64,000 nt of DNA from Squalus acanthias (lineage: Eukaryota), in the NCBI GenBank assembly GCA_030390025.1, contig JASTWF010000328.1, forward strand, positions 372,001 through 436,000, written 5' to 3'. How positions within the stretch are numbered: position 1 is the stretch's first letter; every line of letters begins with the position of its first letter. Of this stretch, positions 24,829 through 35,694 are shown piece after piece. A program made the position numbers and the translations under genes. Under the pieces are notes generated by a model, which was not told the origin of the DNA, made no database searches, and was given only the letters and a program-made list of their open reading frames with translations.

Positions 24829-25357
24829 TGTGGGCATGGACTGGTTGGGCCGAATGCTCTGTGTCTGTGTTGTGTGTGATGCTGGAGTGCAGCATAAACC
24901 CGGGCATGGACTGGTTGGGTCGAATGCTCTGTGTCTGTGTTGTGTGTGATCCTGGAGTGCAGCATAAACCCGGGCATGGACTGGTTGGACCGAATGCTTG
25001 GTGTTGTCTGTGTGATCCTGGAGTGCAGCATAAACCCGGGCATGGACTTGTTGGACCGAATGCTCTGTGTCTGTGTTGTGTGTGATCCTGGAGTGCAGCA
25101 AAAACCCGGGCATGGACTGGTTGGGCCGAATGCTCTGTGTCTGTGTTGTCTGTGTGATCCTGGAGTGCAGCATAAACCCGGGCATGGACTGGTTGGGTCG
25201 AATGCTCCGCATCTGTGTTGTGTGTGAATGTGGAGTGCAGCATAAACCCGGGCATGGACTGTTTTGGTCGAAAGCTCTGCGTCTGTGTTGTATGTGATCC
25301 TGGAGTGCAGCATAAACCCGGGCAAGGAGTGGTCGGCCCGAATGCTCTGTGTGTGAT

Positions 25358-26330
25358 CTAGATAAGGGAACTAAATGTAATATCTCCAAGTTTACAGATG
25401 ACACAAAGCTGGGTGGGTGTGTGTGCTGCGAGGAGGATACCGAGAAACTCCAGGATGATTTGGACAGGTTGGGTGAGTGGGCAGAAGCGTGCCAGATGCA
25501 ATATAACGTGGATAAATGCGCGGTTATCCACTTGGGTGTCAAAAACAGAAAGGCAGACTATTATCTGAATGGCAATAGATTGGGAGAAGGGGAAGTGCAA
25601 CGAGACCTGGGTGTCCTTGTGCACCAGTCGGTGAAGGTAAGCATGCAGGTGTAGCAGGCGGTGAAGAATGCAAATGGTATGTTGGCCTTCATAGCGAGAG
25701 GGTTTGAGTACAGGAACAAGGATGTCCTGCTGCGGTTGTACAGAGCCTTGGTGAGACCGCACCTTGAGTATTGTGTGCAGTTTGGTCGCCTTATCTGAGG
25801 AAGGATGTACTTGCCATGGAAAGAGTTCAGCGAAGATTCACAAGGCTGATACCTGGGATGGCAGGAATGACATATGAGGAGAGATTGGGTCGATTGGGCT
25901 TATACTCTCTGGAGTATAGAAGAATGAGAGGGGATTTCATGGAAACATATAAAATTCTGACAGGTCTGTACAAACTAGATGCAGGAAGAATGTTCCCGAT
26001 GGTCGGAGAGTCCAGAACCAGGGGTCACAGTCTAAGGATAACGGGTAAACCATTTAGGACAGAAATGAGGAAGAATTTCTTCACCCAGAGAGTGGTGAAA
26101 CTGTGGAATTCTCTACCACAGAAGGTAGTTGAGGCCAAGTCATTAAATATATTCAAGAAGGAGTTAGATATATTTCTTAAAGCTAAAGGTATCAAGGGAT
26201 ATGGGGAGAAGGCAGGTACAGGGTACTGAGTTTGGATGATCAGCCATGATCTCATCGACTGGCGGAGCAGGCTTGAGGGGCTGAATGGCCTACTCCTGCT
26301 CCTATCTTCTATGTCTATGTCGGTTCTAAA
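25358..26330 (+). mobile_element. CR1 3' fragment, copy 3 of 4
   Basis: Same junctions as copy 1. Confidence 0.92.
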
Positions 26331-26793
26331 CCCGGGCATGGACTGGTTGGGCCGAATGCTCTGTGTCTGTGTTGTGTGTGATCCTGGAGTGCAGCATAAA
26401 CCCGGGCATGGACTGGTTGGACCGAATGCTCTGTGTCTGTGCTCTGTGTGATCCTGGAGAGCAGCATAAACCCGGGCATGGACTGGTTGGGCCGAATGCT
26501 CTGTGTCTGTGCTCTGTGTGATCCTGGAGAGCAGCATAAACCCGGGAATGGAATGGTTTGGTTGAATGCTCTGTGTCTGTGCTCTGTATGTGATCCTGGA
26601 GTGCAGCATAAACGCAAGCATGGACTGGTTGGGTTGAATGCACTGTGCCTGTGTTGTTTGTGATCCTGGAGTGCAGCATAAACCCAGGCATGCACTGTTT
26701 GGGTCGAATGCTCTGCGTCTGTGTTGTGTGTGATACTGGAGTGCGGCATAAACCCGGGCAAGGAGTGTTTGGGCCGAATGCTCTGTGTGTGAT

Positions 26794-27722
26794 CTCGATA
26801 AGGGAACTAAATGTAATATCTCCAAGTTTGCAGATGACACAAAGCTGGGTTGATTTGGACAGGTTGGGTGAGTGGGCAGAAGCGTGGCAGATGCAATATA
26901 ACATGGATAAATGCGAGGTTATCCACTTTGGTGTCAAAAACAGAAAGGCAGACTATTATCTGAATGGCAATTGATTGGGAGAAGGGGAAGTGCAACGTGA
27001 CCTGGGTGTCCTTGTGCACCAGTCGCTGAAGGTAAGCATGCAGGTGCAGCAGGCGGTGAAGAAGGCAAATGGTATGTTGGCCTTCATAGCGAGAGGGTTT
27101 GAGTACAGGAACAAGGATGTCCTGCTGCAGTTGTACAGGGCCTTGGTGAGACCGCACCTTGAGTAGTGTGTGCAGTTTTGGTCGGCTTATCTGAGGAAGG
27201 ATGTTCTTGCCATGGAGGGAGTTCAGCGAAGATTCACAAGGCTGATACCTGGGATGGCAGGAATGACATATGAGGAGAGATTGGGTCGATTGGGCTTATC
27301 CTCGCTGGAGTATAGAAGAATGAGAGGGGATTTCATCGAAACATATACAATTCTGACAGGTCTGGACAAACTAGATGCAGGAAGAATGTTCCCGATGGTC
27401 GGAGAGTCCAGAACCAGGGGTCATAATCTACGGATAACGGGTAAGCCATTTAGGGCAAAAATGAGGAAGAATTTCTTCACCCAGAGAGTGGTGAACCTGT
27501 GGAATTCTCTACCACAGTAGTTGAGGCCAAGTCATTAAATATGTTCAAGAAGGAGTTAGATATATTTCTTAAAGCTAAAGGTATCAAGGGATATGAGGAG
27601 AAGGCAGGTACCGGGTACTGAGTTTGGATGATCAGCCATGATCTCATCGAATGGCGGAGCAGGATTGAGGGGCTGAATGGCCGACTCCTGCTCCTATCTT
27701 CTATGTCTATGTCGGTTCTAAA
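26794..27722 (+). mobile_element. CR1 3' fragment, copy 4 of 4 (internal deletion near 26850)
   Basis: Same junctions; AAAGCTGGGT joined directly to TGATTTGGAC. Confidence 0.92.
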
Positions 27723-28128
27723 TGTGGGCATGGACTGGTTGGACCGAATGTTCTGTGTCTGTGTTGTGTGTGATCCTGGAGTGCAGCATAAGCCCGGGCA
27801 TGGACTGGTTGGGCCGAATGCTCTGTGTCTGTGTTGTGTGTGATCCTGGAGTGCAGCATAAACCCGGGCATGGACTGGTTGGGCCGAATACTCTTTGTCT
27901 ATGCCCTGTGTGTGAAACAAAAGATGGCTGGAGAATGGCTCTGCCAGCGCATTTCACACTTCGAGAGCCATCTTTTGTTTCTTAACCTGTCCTATTAACA
28001 TCTCGTCTCGCCCTGTGTATCTCTTAATGTCTGTTTACTTCTCACTGACCTTCCCTTTTGTTCTTTTATTCCCTCCCCCAGCCTCCAAACTTGCTTTTTC
28101 ATCTGTTTCATTTCCTGTTTTTTTTCTC

Positions 28129-28165
28129 AGTTCTAACGAAGGGTCTTCGACCTGAAACGTTAACT
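28129..28165 (+). ncRNA. Degenerate minimal hammerhead motif in a Penelope-like repeat fragment (~28125-28235)
   Basis: AGTT-CTAACGA-A-GGGTC(TTC)GACCT-GAAA-CG-TT-AACT; conserved core G replaced by A. Confidence 0.55.
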
Positions 28166-29019
28166 CTGTTTCTCTTTCCACGGATGTTGCCTGGCCTGCT
28201 GAGTTTTTCCAGCTTTCTGTTGTTATTGCTGGATTTACTGAGTTATTTTCTATCAGTAAATCTATTTCTGAATTTCATGATGGCAGTTGAATTAAATGAT
28301 TATCGTTTAAGTATAAACTGATAAAATGATATGTAAATCTTATATTTTAATGATTATTAGTAAAATTATTTTGTGTTGTCAGAAAAAAGTTTCCTGTTGG
28401 TCCCATGATCCAGGTGTATAGATACATACAATTCAATAACAGTAACAGATTTAGATGGTTTAAGACAATCTGATTTTCAGCGGTCACAGGGTGTATCTCC
28501 AACAATGTGACTATTTTATTGATGTATTTCTGTAGATGCGGCGCTGCTTAATGTTCTGTACAGCTGGAACTGACGGTGGATTCAGTAAACCCGCAGTGTC
28601 AGGTCTGGTGGTGTAAAAATCCGTTATTGGAATCGCAGCTTCATGTTTATAAACACTGTCTGAATGTTCAGGGTTAATGTTCTGAACTAAACTCCGAACA
28701 TGTGATGTTGGTTTTCTTATTTCCGTTTTCAGTTATTTTCGGTGAGTGATTTCCTCTATTGCCAGGGTAACAAACTGTCAGCTCTCAGTACAAGAGGCCT
28801 TGGCTCCAATTTATATCCGAAAGACCGTGAAACATTGTGTAAACTCCAGTCTGTGTACTCGGCAGTCCAGGAGTAGGAACCTGTTGTTTCTGAGCAGTAG
28901 GTTATGTAGATATATATAATTCGTAAGACTTCCTCTTGCCATGGTTTAGTAACAGTTCTTTTTAAATTTGATAACCTCTGTCACGATATATTTTGAGTTG
29001 GGAATATTGTTCCACATGT

Positions 29020-29810
29020 TATTCAGTTCTGGGCACCGCCCCTCAGGAAAGAGAAATTGTCCTTGGAGGGGATGCAGCGCCGATTCATTGGAGTGATACC
29101 TGAGCTAAAAGGGTTAAATTATGAGGACAGGTTGCAAAGACTAGGCTTGTATTCCCTTGAATATAGAAGATCAAGGGTTGATCTAATTGAGGTGTTTAAG
29201 ATGATTAAAGGATTTGATAGGATAGATAGAGAAAAACTAATTTTCCTCTGGTGGGGAGTCCTGAACAATGAGGCATAAACTTCAGATTAGAGCTCGGCCG
29301 TTAAGGGGTGATAGAACCATAGAATCATCGTCATGGCACAGCAGAAGGCCATTCGGCCCGTGCCAGCTCTCTGCAAGAGCACTTCAGCTCAATCCCCCGC
29401 CCTTTCTCCGTAGCCCTGCAATTTTGTTCAGGTAGTTATCTAGTTCCGTTTGGGTGGTGGAAAGCATTTCTTCACACAAAGGGTAGTGGAAATCTGGAAA
29501 TCCCCCCACCCCCAAACAAAAAGCTGGTGATGCTGGGGGGTCAATTGAATGTGTCAAAACTGAGATTAATAGATGTTTTTCTCTCTCCACGGATGGTGCC
29601 TGACCTGCTGTGTTTCCAGCATTTTCTGTTGTTATTTTGGATTTCAACATCTACAGTATTTTGCTATTGTATTAATAGATGTTTGTTGGGCATTAAGGGT
29701 TATGGAACCAAGGCAGGTCAATGGAGTTAAGACACAGATCAGCCATGGTCTAAATGAAGGGTGGAACAGACCGGTGGGGCTGAATGGCCGCCTCCTGTTG
29801 CTATGTTCCG
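29020..29810 (+). mobile_element. Decayed CR1 3' fragment with nested short inserts
   Basis: LEGMQRRF..LGLYSLEYRR..DLIEVFK; opposite-strand CR1 tail at ~29310-29440; Penelope-like piece at ~29575-29665. Confidence 0.8.
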
Positions 29811-29849
29811 ATGAAGACCTCCCACCACTGGGGGAGCGATAGTGGTGCG

Positions 29850-30130
29850 TTCGTGCGGCATTACCTTCCCGCGCAGGCGCAGTGCCGCTCCCTTGCTGAT
29901 CCGGGAGTGTGCGGTGGGCGGGGTTTGCTGTGGGCGGTGTTTGCTGTGGGCGGGGTTTGCAGTGTGAGTGACGGTCAGAAACAGGATGGTTGCCCGTGTT
30001 ACAGGGGTCGCGCTCTGTGACTGAGGGAACTCGGCTCCATTCAGCTCACGGCCCGACAGCGCGGCTGCTCATCCCAGAGTCTATATCACAGCGAGGGAGG
30101 AAGGGGATTCACAGTGTCACAGCTCCGGTT
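29850..30130 (+). promoter_or_regulatory. CpG-rich candidate promoter
   Basis: NRF1-like GCGCAGGCGCA at 29871, repeated GTGGGCGG(GG) GC boxes, non-repeat DNA. Confidence 0.45.
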
Positions 30131-30514
30131 AGTAACTGCGCAGAGAAAGTGGCGCATTTCCGTCTACAGCAGTGAAAATGCAGAAGTCTCAGTTCTAATG
30201 TTTTACATCACAGGGAGGGAGGCAAAAGTGCAACATAACCGGTTTGTAACTCAGCAGAGAAACGGAGGGGAGATTCCTGTCAGCATCAGCTCCCGGGCAA
30301 TGAGCTGAACCGGCTCACAATACAGGGGCAGGTCCGGGGGTGGAGGGCGCGGTGGGTTCATCGGCAGTTTGGACAGAAAATGGCACATTTCCGCCCAGAG
30401 CAGTGAAAATGGGGAAGTCTCAGGAGGCCGGAATTTACTGTGAGGAAAATCTCCAAACTAAACACATAGCACAGGAACTGACAGTTTGGAGAGGAGGGAG
30501 TTAGAATGAAAATA

Positions 30515-30765
30515 CCAGTGAGATCAGACACTGTGTAACCCGGGGAGGATGGGCCCAGTGAGATCAGACAGTGTGTAACCCGGTGAGGATGGGCCCAGAT
30601 AGATCAGACAGTGTGTAACCCGGGGAGGATGGGCCCAGTGTGATCCGACAGTGTGTAACCCAGGAGGATGGACCCAGTGAGATCAGACAGTGTGTAACCC
30701 GGGGAGGATGGGCCCAGTGTGATCCGACAGTGTGTAACCCAGGAGGATGGACCCAGTGAGATCAC
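30515..30765. repeat. 38-40-bp minisatellite, ~6 copies
   Basis: Unit CCAGTGAGATCAGACAGTGTGTAACCCGGGGAGGATGGGC. Confidence 0.9.
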
Positions 30766-30976
30766 AATGCAACTGTTTTTCTAAAGCACAGAGTAAATTG
30801 CACATTTGCAGTCAAAACATGGGGATATTCAGGAGGCTGGGCTGGGGATCTGAGGGAAGGTACAAAATCAACAAAAATACTCGGCCTTGAAATTTATTTT
30901 TTAGTAAGCCGAATAAATACTACATGACATTATTTCACGCTTTCAATATTCTCATTTTCTCCTCTGCCATTATTAG

Positions 30977-31140
30977 ATCTCCCGGTGAATGACGGAGTGA
31001 TTGAGGAAGGTCCACAGCTGGAAGTAAACAGGGATTGTAGACTGAGGAACAACAGCAGGTGAACCAGCACAGGATTGTGAACACCAACCAGAGAGAACCC
31101 TTCCGATTCAAAGAGCTTCCAGAGATCAACTGTGGAGAAA
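30977..31140 (+). other. Candidate exon, probably untranslated
   Basis: Long pyrimidine tract ending TATTAG, purine-rich body, donor AAG|GTCAGA. Confidence 0.35.
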
Positions 31141-31629
31141 GGTCAGAGAAAGTCTTATTAACTCCGCTAAACACTGGTCCTGGAGATAGTACACAAAGGT
31201 TACAAAGTGAGGCAGGTATTGGTGAGAATGAGAGTGAGTGTCTGACCACCGAGCCCAATTATCCAGCATGAGGCTGTGCAATGAAATGTGAAGTGAGATC
31301 AGTTTCTGTCTCAACACATAGTCACAAGTAAATCTTGTGTGTGTTTTAGAGTAAAGGGGTTTGATCTAAGAGGTGACTCTGGGGTAGAGTCTGGGGCAGA
31401 GCCCAGCAGATGGACACGTGTCTGTTTGTTAGGTGGGGCTGAACTCACACCGACACCATCAGATCTCACTATTTAAAATATTTCAGTCTGTTGACAGATC
31501 AAGGGGAAAGATTGAACAGGGAAACTAATTATTATCAATTCATTGAACACGATTCAGAGACCAACCTATAGCCTGTGACCAGCAGATGTGGAAATTGTCA
31601 GATAGTGAATGCTGAGCACAGCGTTATTA

Positions 31630-33565
31630 CATAAGAAGTCGGAGCAGGAGTAGGTCACACAGCCCCTCGAGCCTGTTCCGCTATTCAATAAGATCATGGC
31701 TGATCATCGACCTCAACTCCACCTACCCGCACGATCTCCATATCCCTGGATTCCCTTAGAGTCCAAAATCTATCTATCTCAGCCATGAATATACTCAAAG
31801 ACTCAGCATTCACAGCCCCTTGGGGCAGAGAATTCCAAAGATTCACAACCCTCTGAGTGAAGAAATTCCTCCTCATCTCAATCTTAAATGGCTTACCCCT
31901 TAACCTGAGACTGTGCCCCCTAGTTCTAGACACTCCAGCCAGGGGAAACAACCTCTTAGCATCTAGCCTGTCAATCCCTTCAGAATCGTGTATGTTTCAA
32001 TGAGATCACCTCTCATTCTTCTAAACTCCAGAGAGTATAGGCCCAATCTACACAATCTCTCATCCCAGGAATCAATCTAGTGAACCTTCGTTGCACCGCC
32101 TCCAAGGCAAGTATATCCTTCCTTAGATAAGGAGACCAAAACTGTGCACAGTACTCCAGGTGTGGCCTCACCAAGGCCCTGTACAATTGTAGCAAGACTT
32201 CCTTACTCTTATACTCCAAGCCCCTTGCAATAAAGGCCAACATGCCATTGACTTCCTTATGCTTGCTGTACCTGCATGCTAGCTTCCTGTGTTCCTTGCG
32301 CGAGGACACCCAAATCTCTATAAACACCAACATTTGTAAGTTTCTCGCCATTTAAAACTTATTCTGTTTTTCTATTCTTCCTCACATTTCCCTACATTAT
32401 GCTGCATCTGCCACCTTACTGCCCACTCAATTAGTCTATCTATATCCCTTTGCAGACTCTGTGTTCCCCTCACAGCTTACTGTCTCACCTAGATTCGTAT
32501 CGTCAGCAAACTTGGATACATTACACTCGGTCCCTTCATCTAGGTCATTAATATAGATTGCAAATAGCTGAGGCTCCAATACTGATCCACTAGTTACCCC
32601 TGCCAACCTGAAAAAGATCCGTTTATCCCTACTCTCTGTTTTCTGTCCGTTAACCAATCCTCTATCCATGCTGCTATATTACCCCCAACCCCATGAGCCC
32701 TAATCTTGTGTAATAACCTTTTATGTGGCACCTTATCGAATGCCTTTTGAAAATTCAAATATACTACATCCGCTGGTTCCACTTTATCTACCCTGCTAGT
32801 TACATCCTCAAAAAACTCTAATTTGTCAAACACGATTTCCCTTTCATAAAAGCATGTTGACTTTGCCTAATCATGTTCTGATTTTTAAGTGCCCTGATGC
32901 AACTTCCTTAACAATGGATTCCAGCATTTTCCCGATGACTGATGTCAGGCTAACTGGCCTGTAGTTTCCTGTTTTCTCTCTCCCTCCTTTTTGAATAGCG
33001 GTGTTACATTTGCGACCTTCCAATCCGCTGGGACCGTTCTAGAATCTAGGGAATTTTGGAAGATCGAAACCAATGCATCCGCTATCTCTTCAGCCACCTC
33101 TTTTAGAACCCTAGCATGTATGTCATTAGATCCAGGGGATTTGTCGGCTTTTAGTCCCATTAGTTTCTCTAGCACTTTTTCTCTACTTATAGTAATTATG
33201 TTAGTTTTTAAACTTGGTTCCGCACCATTTTTAAAATGCTTTTTGTGTCTTCTACTGTGAAGACAAGTATTTGTTTAAGGTTTCTGCCATTTCCTTATTC
33301 CCTGAATAATTTCTCCTGTCTCAGCCTCTAAGAGACCAACGTTTACTTTCACTACTCTCTTCCTTTTTACATACTTGTAGAAGCTCTTACAATCTGCTTT
33401 TATATTTCTTGCTAGTTTTCTCATATTCTATTTTTGCCCTTATCCATTTTTTGGTCAACCTTTGCAGGTTTCTGAAACTCTCCCAATCCTCAGACTTACT
33501 ATTATTCTTTGCAACATTATAAGCTTCTTCTTTGAATCTAATGCTATCCTTAACTTCTTTAGTTA
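31630..33565 (-). mobile_element. Decayed CR1 LINE (RT and 3'UTR)
   Basis: DKSPG, FQKAFDKVPH, FADDT and PHLEYCAQFWSP fragments; ACATAAG tail. Confidence 0.9.
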
Positions 33566-34140
33566 GGGTGGGGGGTGGAGGCCTGGGCCAGTGTGGGGGG
33601 GGGTGCGGAGTGCTGGGCCGGAGGGGGCAGCGGGGGCCTGGGCCAGTGTGGGGGGGGGGGGGGTGGTTGCGGAGTGCTGGGCCGGAGGGGGCAGCGGGGC
33701 CCTGGGCCGGTGGATTGGGCGGGTATCTGGGACAGTGAGGCGGCGGGTAGCTGGGCCGGTGGAGGGGGTATCGGGGGGCTGGGCCAGTGGAGGGAGTGGG
33801 TATCTGGGCCAGTGAAGGGGGCGGGGCGGCTGGGCCAGTGAAGGGGGCGGGGGGGCTGGGCCAGTGGAGGGGGCGGGTATCTGGGCCAGTGGAGGGGCGG
33901 GTATCTGGGCCAGTGAAGGTGGCGGGGGGGCTGGGCCAGTGGAGGGGCGGGTATCTGGGCCAGTGAAGGGGGCGGGGGCCTGGGCCAGTGAGGTGGCGGG
34001 GGGGCTGAGCCAGTGAAGGGGGCGGGGGCCTGGGCCAGTGAAGGGGGCGGGGGCCTGGGCCAGTGAGGTGGCGGGGGCCTGGGCCAGTGAGGTGGCGGGG
34101 GGCTGAGCCGGGTGGGGGTGGGGGCTGTGCCCGTGGGGTG
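33565..34140. repeat. G-rich degenerate minisatellite (G-quadruplex potential)
   Basis: Repeated CTGGGCCAGTG(A/G)AGGGGGCGGG units. Confidence 0.85.
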
Positions 34141-34659
34141 ACGGAGGAACAACATCACTTGAATTGTACAGGATCGGTCAGAAGGTAAGTTCCATGTTGC
34201 TGAGCCTCACTGCAAATAAAAGATGCTTTGAATGGGATGTGTGATAAATGGATGAGGGAGAAAGGAATATAAGGTTATGCTGATGGGGTTAGATGAAGAG
34301 CGCTGGCAGCAGGCTCGTGTGGACCATAAACACCGGCACAGGCCACTTGGGCTGAATAGCTTGTTTCTCTGCTGATAATTCCATGTAAACAGGAGGTGAC
34401 GATGCCGCATTTTCTGAGGGAGTTTCGTATAAAGAGAACATCAGAAGCTTTGCTCTTATTCTGTAGCCTGCAAAATGCAAACTCCTCCGGTGGAACTGGG
34501 AGATTCCAGTCGCCCAGCCAGAGCCCGTGGAAGAATCTGTAAAAGTGAAATGAGTTCAACTGATTCTATAACATTGAATCACAAATAGGGTTTGTGTATT
34601 TCAGAAGAGAGGGTTTGATCGGAGACTCGTCCCGTTTGACACGTGGCTGAAGCGTTCGG

Positions 34660-35690
34660 CAGGTGCATCTCCATCCCCAGCCTCCCTTTCCTCAATGTTT
34701 TGTCGCTTCCCGAATTTCTGCCCATCTTTTTCACAGCCTCATGTTTGAATCTGTCCAATCGGGTTTCTGCTCCTGCCACAGCACTGAGACTGTGACCGTG
34801 GTAAACTATCCTTCCTCATTCTTCTCGACCTCTGCCGTCTTTGACACGGTCGAGCACAACATCCACCAACGCCTCCCCTCCGTGGTCCAGCTCGGTGGGA
34901 CTGCCCTCCCCTCCGTGGTCCAGCTCGGTGGGACTGCCCTCCCCTCCGTGGTCCAGCTCGGTGGGACTGCCCTCCCCTCCGTGGTCCAGCTCGGTGGGAC
35001 TGCCCTCCCCTCCGTGGTCCAGCTCGGTGGGACTGCCCTCCCCTCCGTGGTCCAGCTCGGTGGGACTGCCCTCCCCTCCGTGGTCCAGCTCGGTGGGACT
35101 GCCCTCCCCTCCGTGGTCCAGCTCGGTGGGACTGCCCTCCCCTCCGTGGTCCAGCTCGGTGGGACTGCCCTCCCCTCCGTGGTCCAGCTCGGTGGGACTG
35201 CCCTCCCCTCCGTGGTCCAGCTCGGTGGGACTGCCCTCCCCTCCGTGGTCCAGCTCGGTGGGACTGCCCTCCCCTCCGTGGTCCAGCTCGGTGGGACTGC
35301 CCTCACTTGGTTCCACTTTTACCATCCAGTCGTAGCCAGAGAATCTCCATCAATGGCTTCTCTTCCCGCTCCCGCACTGTTCCCTCTGGAGTCCCCCATG
35401 GATCTATCCTCGCCCCCCCCCCTATTTCTCATCTACGTGCTGCCCCTTGGAGACAGCCGAAGACAAGTGGTCAGCTTTCACATGTAACCTGACACCACTC
35501 TGCTCCACATCTCCACCAGCTCTCTCCAACCCTCCACTGACTCTGCTTCCTCACGCTGCTTGTCCGACATCCATCTGTGATGAGCTACACATTTCTCCAA
35601 TTAAACATTGGGAAGACCAAAGACATGGCCTTCAGCCCCTGCCAGGAATTCTGTTCCCTCCCCGTCCCAATCAGTGTCTCAGATTTAAAC
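34660..35690 (+). mobile_element. Decayed L2-type LINE RT fragment
   Basis: QSGF..HSTET, SAVFDTVEH, GTALTWF, SGVPHGSILAP. Confidence 0.8.
34875..35304. repeat. 33-bp minisatellite, ~13 perfect copies
   Basis: Unit CCCTCCGTGGTCCAGCTCGGTGGGACTGCCCTC. Confidence 0.97.
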
Positions 35691-35694
35691 ATGC

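Larger units (their letters stand above)
18803..27915 (+). repeat. ~68-72-bp satellite derived from a CR1 3'UTR, with embedded co-amplified LINE fragments
   Basis: Unit GATCCTGGAGTGCAGCATAAACCCGGGCATGGACTGGTTGGGCCGAATGCTCTGTGTCTGTGTTGTGTGT; 52/59 identity to the CR1 3'UTR at 63145-63203. Confidence 0.95.

Noticed and set aside
18803..27915. CRISPR-like appearance of repeats with inserts
   Set aside because: Eukaryotic context, no unique spacers and no cas genes; inserts are copies of one LINE fragment
18218..27985. Many His/Cys-rich ORFs (MPGFMLHSRITH..., CPGLCCTPGSH...)
   Set aside because: Frame readings of the 70-bp satellite; unit length varies without preserving frame
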